64,000 nucleotides of DNA from Candidatus Zixiibacteriota bacterium (lineage in GTDB: Bacteria > Zixibacteria > MSB-5A5 > UBA10806 > 4484-95): NCBI GenBank assembly GCA_037441845.1, contig JBBIRK010000008.1, positions 10,226-74,225 on the forward strand. The letters are read 5' to 3'. Below are positions 57,180 to 64,000 of this stretch, piece after piece. Each line of letters opens with the position of its first letter. Within the stretch, counting starts at the first letter, position 1. Made by a program: the position numbers and the translations under genes. The notes under the pieces were generated by a model. The model did not search any database and was not told where the DNA came from. It worked only from the letters and a program-made list of their open reading frames with translations.

Positions 57180-60100
57180 ATGGGAAGTAAAGAATACTCT
57201 ACGATAGTCGAAAAGCTGCGGCACACCGGCAAAAGCATCAGCCGCCGGCTGGCTATCGAGGGGTCGTTCAGGCTGGCCTCTTTGCTGGCTGCGGTTTCGG
57301 TCGTACTCTGGTTTATCACTTTGATTTTCTGGCCCGGTCCTGCTTTTCGCATGACGGCGGCGGTCGTAGTTTCGGCCGCGGCGGCCGTTTACGCCTATCT
57401 GGCGATTATCAGGCCGCTTCTTCGTAAACCGCCTTTGGCCTCCGTCGCCCTCAGACTTGAGCGCCGCTACGGAAAACTGCAATCGCGCTTGATCGGGGCT
57501 TTGCAGCTTTATGACAAAATGGCCGACAATCGTGAGAATTATTCCTTGGAATTGATCGAAAAAACAATCGAGGAAGCGGGCGAAGAAATAAAAAATATCG
57601 ATTTCTCGGTGGCGGTAGCCAAAAACAAAAGGCCGCTACGCCTCATGCTCGTCGCATTCTGCCTGCTCGGTTTAGTTTCTCTCGTATCCTTGAACACTCT
57701 TGGACAGACGCTGCTTCTCTATACCAACCCGCTGGCCGATATCCCGCGTCCGACGAATATACGGTTGTCGATCGACCCCATAAACGCCGAGGTTGTAAAG
57801 AACGAGGACATATTGGTTCAAATCAGAGCCGAAGGCGGCAGAATCGGCCGCCCTAAGTTCAACTATCGCCATGGTGACGATTCCTGGTTCGAGGTGCCGC
57901 CCGAGGAAATTGCGGCCGACAGCTCGAATATCGGCGGCGCATTCGCCTTCACTTTCAAGAAGCTCCGCCGCGACGTGGAATTTTACGCATCCGCCGGTTC
58001 CGCTCGATCGCCTATCGGAAAAATCAAAGTCATCGATCCGCCTCGAATCATTGATGTTTCGGTCACCCTGAACTACCCGAAATATACGGGAATGGCCGAT
58101 AAAACACTGCCGCCCAACGAGGGCTCGGTCACCGCGATTAAGGGAACCCGGGTCAAATTCGAAGGCAGAGTGAATAAACCGATAAGCGATGCGCAGATCG
58201 TGTTCATGGATTCCACCGGGAAGCTAATGGCGACTCGAAAGCTTTCGATAAGCCCAAAAGGGATCAGCGGCGACTTCCGGGTCGATTTCAGCGGCGCGTA
58301 CAGAGTGGAAATCAGCGACTCCGCGGGTTTGACGAACCCCAAACCGATAAATTACGAGATTACCGCCTTGGCCGACTATCCCCCTGCGATAAACATCACT
58401 TTCCCGGCAAGCGATATCGATCTCGACGAACGGATGTTCGTTCCACTTACCGCCGAGATTCATGACGATTACGGATTTTCCCGACTCGATCTGGTTTACT
58501 GGATATCCTCCGAGGGAAAAGAAAGCGAACATCGGAGAATCACCTTGACCCGTGACTTCAACGGTCAATTGGAGGGGATCGTCGAATACGACTGGTCGGT
58601 CGAGGAACTGAACTTGATGCCCGGCGATCTGGCCCATTATTATCTCGAGATTTTCGACAACGACGCCGTTTCCGGAACCAAATCGGCGCAAAGCAAGACC
58701 TACAGCGCCCGGCTGCCCAGCCTCGATGAAATCGTGGCCGATATCACCGGCGGCCGTGAGGATATTATCGAACAGATGCAGGAAGCCTCGGCCTATCAAA
58801 AACAGCTGAAGGAACAGTTGGAAAATATCGCCAGGGAAATGCAATCGGCCAACCAGGTCAACTGGGAGAAGAAAAGCGAAATCCAGGCGGCGGTGAACCG
58901 GCAGAAAGATATCGCCGAGAAGGTCGAAAAGGCCGCCCGCCAATTGGCCGAGAACATCGAAAAGCTCGATCGTCAGCAAATGGCCGCCGAGGAGATGCTC
59001 GACAAAATGCGCGAAATCCAGGAACTGATGGAAAAGGTCGCTACACCCGAATTAAAGGAAGCCATGCGTCGTCTCGAAGAGGCTATGCGGCAGATGGACC
59101 CCGAACGCCTTAAAGAGGCCTTGAAGAATTTCCAATTAAACCTCGAGCAGCTGAACAAGAACCTGGACCGCACATTGGCCCTGCTGAAACAGCTCGAGTT
59201 GGAGCAGAAACTTGACACCATGGCGAAAATGGCTGAAAAACTCGCGGAAGAGCAGGGAAAAATCAACCAGCGGCTCGAACAATGCTCTTCGCAAAATGAA
59301 ATGGGGCAATTGCGAAAGCCACAGGAAAGCCAACAGCAAGGCCTGGAAAGCATCAAAGAGCAAATGCAGAAAACCGCCGATTTGAACGAAGAGGTGCAAA
59401 CGATCGCCCCCGAGGATATCGAGCAGGCGATGAAGGAGTTGAATTCCGAGGAATTGAAGAATCTGCTCGAATCGATGATGCAGAATCTGCAATCCGGAAA
59501 CAAGAGCAATTGCTCCAGCTCGGGCAAGAAAATTCAACAGAAATTCCGCGATCTGGCCGGCATGTTCAAATCGATGCTGCAAAAAACCCAGAGCCGCCAG
59601 CAACAAATGATCGTCGAGGCGATCCGCAAAGCGATAGAGGATATCTTATATATATCGAAATCTCAGGAAGCGTTGGCCGAATCGACCCGGGCTTGCTCGC
59701 AGCGGGGAGGCAATTTCTCCGGCCTGACCGGCGAACAAGCCGAGTTGATCGACGCCACGGAGCGGGCCGCCGACAAAGTATCCGAACTGACGAAAATGAC
59801 CCTGTTCGTTAATTTTTCCACGATGCAAAAATTGGGTGAGGCTCTTCGGGCGATGGAGAAATCCACGAAAGATCTCGGTAGCAGGCAGCCCGCTATTGCC
59901 GTAAACGGCCAAATCCAGGCGATGTCGGCGCTCAATCAAACGGCCCGCATGCTCATGAAATCGCAAGGACAGGCCAGCGCCTGCCAGTCGGGAACCGGAA
60001 TGAACGAAATGATGCAACAATTATCGCAACTGGGCCAAATGCAGATGCAACTGAATCAACAAACCCAATCGCTCATGCCGATTCCGATGGGGCAGGCGAT

Positions 60101-60575
60101 GAGTTTGATTCAGCAACGTCAACTCGAGGAGTTGGCCGGCCAGCAGGAGGCGATCCGAAAAAGCCTTCAGGAATTGACCGATCAGTACGGAGACCCGGAT
60201 AACGTGCTCGGCCGTCTCGGCGAACTCGGCGAGGAAATGCGCCGAATAGTCGAACAGATGCGCCGGGAAGGTCTGAACGAAAATGTGGTGCGAAGACAAG
60301 AGCGGATATTGAGCCGTCTGCTGGATGCCCAGAAGTCGGTCAATCGGCGTGACTACACGCAAAAACGTCAGGCACGCACCGGCGAGGATATAATCAGAAG
60401 ATCGCCGGCCGCCCTGAACGACGAGCCGGTATCGAACCGCTTGACCGAAGATATTATCCGAGCGCTCAACGAAAAATATCCGCGGCGATACGAGAATCAA
60501 ATAAAGGGATATTTCCGAATGCTATCCGGAGAGCTTCCGACAGGGACTGCAACCGGTCAGGAATCAGGCGAATGA
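57180..60575 (+). CDS. DUF4175-like membrane protein with Ig-like domains and long Q/E-rich coiled coil
   Basis: Three N-terminal TM segments, P..YT motif, DDYGF, DND..SG, helical tail ending RQERILSRLL...YF. Confidence 0.8.
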   Translation: MGSKEYSTIVEKLRHTGKSISRRLAIEGSFRLASLLAAVSVVLWFITLIFWPGPAFRMTAAVVVSAAAAVYAYLAIIRPLLRKPPLASVALRLERRYGKLQSRLIGALQLYDKMADNRENYSLELIEKTIEEAGEEIKNIDFSVAVAKNKRPLRLMLVAFCLLGLVSLVSLNTLGQTLLLYTNPLADIPRPTNIRLSIDPINAEVVKNEDILVQIRAEGGRIGRPKFNYRHGDDSWFEVPPEEIAADSSNIGGAFAFTFKKLRRDVEFYASAGSARSPIGKIKVIDPPRIIDVSVTLNYPKYTGMADKTLPPNEGSVTAIKGTRVKFEGRVNKPISDAQIVFMDSTGKLMATRKLSISPKGISGDFRVDFSGAYRVEISDSAGLTNPKPINYEITALADYPPAINITFPASDIDLDERMFVPLTAEIHDDYGFSRLDLVYWISSEGKESEHRRITLTRDFNGQLEGIVEYDWSVEELNLMPGDLAHYYLEIFDNDAVSGTKSAQSKTYSARLPSLDEIVADITGGREDIIEQMQEASAYQKQLKEQLENIAREMQSANQVNWEKKSEIQAAVNRQKDIAEKVEKAARQLAENIEKLDRQQMAAEEMLDKMREIQELMEKVATPELKEAMRRLEEAMRQMDPERLKEALKNFQLNLEQLNKNLDRTLALLKQLELEQKLDTMAKMAEKLAEEQGKINQRLEQCSSQNEMGQLRKPQESQQQGLESIKEQMQKTADLNEEVQTIAPEDIEQAMKELNSEELKNLLESMMQNLQSGNKSNCSSSGKKIQQKFRDLAGMFKSMLQKTQSRQQQMIVEAIRKAIEDILYISKSQEALAESTRACSQRGGNFSGLTGEQAELIDATERAADKVSELTKMTLFVNFSTMQKLGEALRAMEKSTKDLGSRQPAIAVNGQIQAMSALNQTARMLMKSQGQASACQSGTGMNEMMQQLSQLGQMQMQLNQQTQSLMPIPMGQAMSLIQQRQLEELAGQQEAIRKSLQELTDQYGDPDNVLGRLGELGEEMRRIVEQMRREGLNENVVRRQERILSRLLDAQKSVNRRDYTQKRQARTGEDIIRRSPAALNDEPVSNRLTEDIIRALNEKYPRRYENQIKGYFRMLSGELPTGTATGQESGE

Positions 60576-62476
60576 GACGAATCGCGAGAACAACCCGCTT
60601 GGGAATCGAAAAGGCATGGCCGTTTAGTCGATCGCCGATGGGGACGATTTCGCCTTTTCAGAAACCGGTCATCATCGCGCTTATTTTTATGATGTTCGGA
60701 GTTATTTGCGATCGGACCCTCGCTCAAACATCGGTGCAACCTTTCCCTCAGCAGCCCACTTTCGACCCCCGACTCTCGCGGGAACTTCAATCGGTGCACT
60801 CGATAATTCTGACCGGCGATTATGAGGCGGCGCAAAAAATGATCGCCACCCTCAGAAAGAATTTCGGTCCGCACCCTCAAATCGACGCTGAATTGAAATT
60901 CCTATATCGACAAAAGAAAGACTACTTCGCGCTTCGGGAAATTATCGAACACGAGCTCGAGACGAGCGCCGACGATTTCGACCCGCTATGTCAATTGGGT
61001 GAGGTCTATTTCTTATCCGACAGCCTCGATAAGGCTCGCCATAGCTGGGAAAGAGCGTTCGACTTGATAAAAACAGAGGAACATCGTTTCCAGATTCTTG
61101 CCGGTTACTATTTGACCTACGGTTTCTACGCGGAGGCGATAGACGTTTACCGCCGTGCCAGAACCGTCCTCAAAGACCAAACGAAATTCTCGAATGAACT
61201 TATCGATATTTATGTAGCCCAGCGGAATTTCCCCGAGGCGTTGGGCGAATATCTCGCCCAGCTCGACCGTAATCCGGAAGCCGGCAACGAAATATCGCTG
61301 CAGATAAGTATGCTTGCGGGTCTGATAGAAGACCAATCGCTAATACGGCGGGAACTGACGACCGCCTTGCGACGATCCCCGAAAAACCCCGAATTGCACC
61401 GACTGCTGGGTGATCTCGAATCACACGCGGGTAATTATGAATCGGCGCTCGGTTATTTCCAAACCGCGGACAATCTCGCCGGCGGCAAAGGCGAGTATCT
61501 TCTTGCGTACGCCGGTAACTGTTTCAATAACGGGCGTTACTCGATCGCAGTGCGGGCGGTCGATCTTTCGCTTACCGGAGAATCGGGAAAACGCAAGGCC
61601 GGCCCCGCAATGATTCTGAAAGCCAGATCTTTGCACAAATTGAACCAGCCTCAGGCGGCGCTGGAAATTTTAAGACAACTTTCCGAAGATCCCGATCCGG
61701 GAATCAAGGCGGAAGCGGCTTATGCGGCAGGAGAAATATACGCCGAGTCGCCTGACGATCGAGCTGATGCCGTCGCATTGTTTCAACGCAGCGCCAGCAC
61801 TAAGCCCAAGACCAGATTCTCTTGGTTGTCATCGTTGCGCCTGGCCGAAACTTACGCCATTGCAGGCGATTTCCTTAAAGCCGACGCCGAATTGAAACGA
61901 TTGAGATCCGATCCGGCCGCCCCGGAGGATATTATCGAAAAGGCCATTTATCTAAGCGCCGAATTCGCCTTTTTCGAACTCGACTTGGATTCAGCGGTCG
62001 CCGGTTACGAGGCTTTGATCAACAGGTTCCCCTCGGGCAGATACGTGAACGATTGCCTTGAAAGGCTGAATATCCTTGAAAGCGGCGAGGATCTGTCGGT
62101 CAAAAATCTTGCCCAGGCTTTGCGACTTGGCTTCGGCGGTCAAAAAGACAGCTCCATAATCATACTGAAGTCGATTGCCGGTTCCGGCGGGGCGGCACAG
62201 GAGTACGCCTCAATCAGCCTGGCTGAAATCTATGCGAATCAGTCCTCGTGGCGAAGCGCGATCGATACCTACGAGGACTATATAAACAGATTTCCCAAAG
62301 GAATTTATGTCGATCGAGCGCTCCTCGGCCTGGCGCTGATTTACAGCGACCATCTATCGATGCCCGAGAAGGCCGCCTCATTGGCGAATCGGATTCTGGC
62401 CGAGTTCCCCCACTCTCCATTGCTGGAAAAAGCAAGAGCTGTTCTGGCCAAAAATCAGCTATCGCCGGTCCCTTGA
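60572..62476 (+). CDS. Exported TPR protein
   Basis: Hydrophobic N-terminal segment, many TPRs, repeated (R/E)FP.(G/S) motifs as in BamD/CpoB-type repeats. Start could be ATG 60638. Confidence 0.85.
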   Translation: MRRIARTTRLGIEKAWPFSRSPMGTISPFQKPVIIALIFMMFGVICDRTLAQTSVQPFPQQPTFDPRLSRELQSVHSIILTGDYEAAQKMIATLRKNFGPHPQIDAELKFLYRQKKDYFALREIIEHELETSADDFDPLCQLGEVYFLSDSLDKARHSWERAFDLIKTEEHRFQILAGYYLTYGFYAEAIDVYRRARTVLKDQTKFSNELIDIYVAQRNFPEALGEYLAQLDRNPEAGNEISLQISMLAGLIEDQSLIRRELTTALRRSPKNPELHRLLGDLESHAGNYESALGYFQTADNLAGGKGEYLLAYAGNCFNNGRYSIAVRAVDLSLTGESGKRKAGPAMILKARSLHKLNQPQAALEILRQLSEDPDPGIKAEAAYAAGEIYAESPDDRADAVALFQRSASTKPKTRFSWLSSLRLAETYAIAGDFLKADAELKRLRSDPAAPEDIIEKAIYLSAEFAFFELDLDSAVAGYEALINRFPSGRYVNDCLERLNILESGEDLSVKNLAQALRLGFGGQKDSSIIILKSIAGSGGAAQEYASISLAEIYANQSSWRSAIDTYEDYINRFPKGIYVDRALLGLALIYSDHLSMPEKAASLANRILAEFPHSPLLEKARAVLAKNQLSPVP

Positions 62477-62596
62477 TACGACTCTTTGATTACGATCCGC
62501 CCGGGCCGAAAAACGATCCCAGGCATTTTCGTAAAATCAGCGAATCGATGATTTAAGATCTACGGCTGAGTTTCGCTCGGGGAAAAATGAATTTCC

Positions 62597-62869
62597 CTAA
62601 AATACCGGCTGTTTTTCCTGCTTCTTGTTCGATTCCATGGGACGAGGCGGAGCTTGATTCCCAAGAATCGCCTCAAGCTGACGTACGCGCTCGACCAGAT
62701 TTTCTAGCGTCCGCATCCTGATTTTCATGCTGGTTCGAACCAACAACCCGAGCGAAACGAGCATGAAAATCACGGAATTGATCCGGCGGAAAATTTCACC
62801 ATAGTTGAAAAGGGTATCCATAAAGGCCACGATACCCAGCGCGAAAAGGATCCCGCACCAGACTAACAT
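62597..62869 (-). CDS. Small two-TM hypothetical protein
   Basis: AAGGAGG RBS, two hydrophobic helices and a short coiled coil. Confidence 0.75.
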   Translation of the reverse strand: MLVWCGILFALGIVAFMDTLFNYGEIFRRINSVIFMLVSLGLLVRTSMKIRMRTLENLVERVRQLEAILGNQAPPRPMESNKKQEKQPVF

Positions 62870-63171
62870 TGCTTCCTCCTTGCGTAACCGTTGTCGGATA
62901 ATTACAATTTATTTTATCGGTAACGGCTCAAGAAAGTATAGGTTGACGATTGCTATATTGTCGAGTCGGATATTGCCCCACAAGTCAATGGTGTTTCACG
63001 GGTTGCATCGGCACCTTGAGATTTCGGCGATTTATTGCAAACATATCTCTTCCGGTCGATAAGGTTCGAGGGGGGAATTCAATGAATTATTCCGTTCAAG
63101 AGATCGATCATGACAACTACGGTTTACTGAGTTATTATTGAAATCAAACAAACCAAAAGGGGGGCAAGTCG

Positions 63172-64000
63172 ATGTTGAACAAAATCAAACTCGGGCCGAA
63201 ATTGATCGGCGGGTTCGTTTTCGTGGCGCTCATTGCGGCTGCGATCGGTATCACCAGTATTATCAGCCTGAACAGCCAGATGAGCAAAGCGGACGATATC
63301 GCGGAAGTGCGGCTACCAAGCGTACAAACGCTGTTGCAGATATACAACGGCAAGGCAATGGTTAGTGTCGGGGAACGTGGTCTGATTAACAGACGGATGA
63401 TGGAGCCGCAAATCCGCCGGGCTCAATACGATTATATCGACAAGGCGTTCAAAGAGGCCGAAGAGGCATGGAAAATTTACGAACCGCTGCCGCAGACTCC
63501 CGAAGAGGCTGAAACCTGGAAAGAATTCGTGCCTGTCTGGAAAAGGTGGGTCGAGGATCACAAAGCGGTAAGAAGATTGTCCGAGGAAAAAGATGCTCTG
63601 ATCGCCGGAGGACTTGATTTGAACGATCGGCGAATCGCGGAAATCGACGAACGAGTATTCGCGGCGTTCAAGAAATCCGAAGAATCTTCTCACGAAGCCG
63701 ACCAGCTTCTCGAGCGCCTGGTGCAAATTAATATGGAAACCGGCTTAAATTCAATGAAGCAAATGGATCAAACGAATGCCTCCGCTAAAACCGCGATTCT
63801 GACGGTCCTTATCGCCGGAGTTGTTTTAGCAATACTGCTCGGGCTATTCCTCTCACGCAGCATTTCCGTTCCTCTGGCCAAAGGCGCGACTGTCTTAAGG
63901 GATATCAGTCAGGGCAACCTGAAAGCGAGAATGAAACTGCAACGCGGCGACGAAATCGGCGAACTTTCGAATAGCATGGATTCGTTGGCCGACACCATAG
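63172..64000 (+). CDS. Methyl-accepting chemotaxis protein-like receptor (4HB sensor + HAMP), 5' part; runs off window end
   Basis: Not in the ORF track. Manual translation MLNKIKLGPKLIGGFVFVALI...RLPSV...WKIYEPLPQTPEE...TM2...SISVPL...ISQGNL....RGDEIGEL; open to the window edge. Signalling domain not visible. Confidence 0.85.
   Translation, partial: MLNKIKLGPKLIGGFVFVALIAAAIGITSIISLNSQMSKADDIAEVRLPSVQTLLQIYNGKAMVSVGERGLINRRMMEPQIRRAQYDYIDKAFKEAEEAWKIYEPLPQTPEEAETWKEFVPVWKRWVEDHKAVRRLSEEKDALIAGGLDLNDRRIAEIDERVFAAFKKSEESSHEADQLLERLVQINMETGLNSMKQMDQTNASAKTAILTVLIAGVVLAILLGLFLSRSISVPLAKGATVLRDISQGNLKARMKLQRGDEIGELSNSMDSLADTI

Overview
A 64 kb chromosomal window from a diderm bacterium. The many C-terminal dockerin-like tags, FCB-type SecA and DUF4159/DUF4175 genes suggest candidate phylum Zixibacteria or a relative (inference only). 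Housekeeping genes: partial pckA, M32 carboxypeptidase, glnA, secA, a 5'-nucleotidase, an ECF sigma/anti-sigma pair, motAB, a full phoB-phoR-porin-pstSCAB-phoU locus with Pho-box-like repeats, trmB, gyrB with DciA/DUF721, and a partial chemoreceptor. Most notable: (1) four secreted proteins (M36/M4-like metalloprotease, 1474-aa Cys-rich protein with no recognisable catalytic site, ComEC-like metallo-hydrolase, small FN3 protein) end in dockerin-like modules, three nearly identical, suggesting a non-cellulolytic cellulosome-like complex or sorting system; (2) a solitary integron gene cassette with a canonical-looking 60-bp attC lies between a putative promoter and secA, with no integrase in the window; (3) a glnA-ACP-adenylation enzyme-NadE-like-deacetylase operon sits in a glycan locus next to two apparent pseudoenzymes; (4) a SLOG-like + ADP-ribosyltransferase-like fusion; (5) three genes appear to start at ATA, ATT or CTG. 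No tRNA, rRNA, CRISPR array or transposase was seen. All family calls come from reading motifs by eye, not from database searches.
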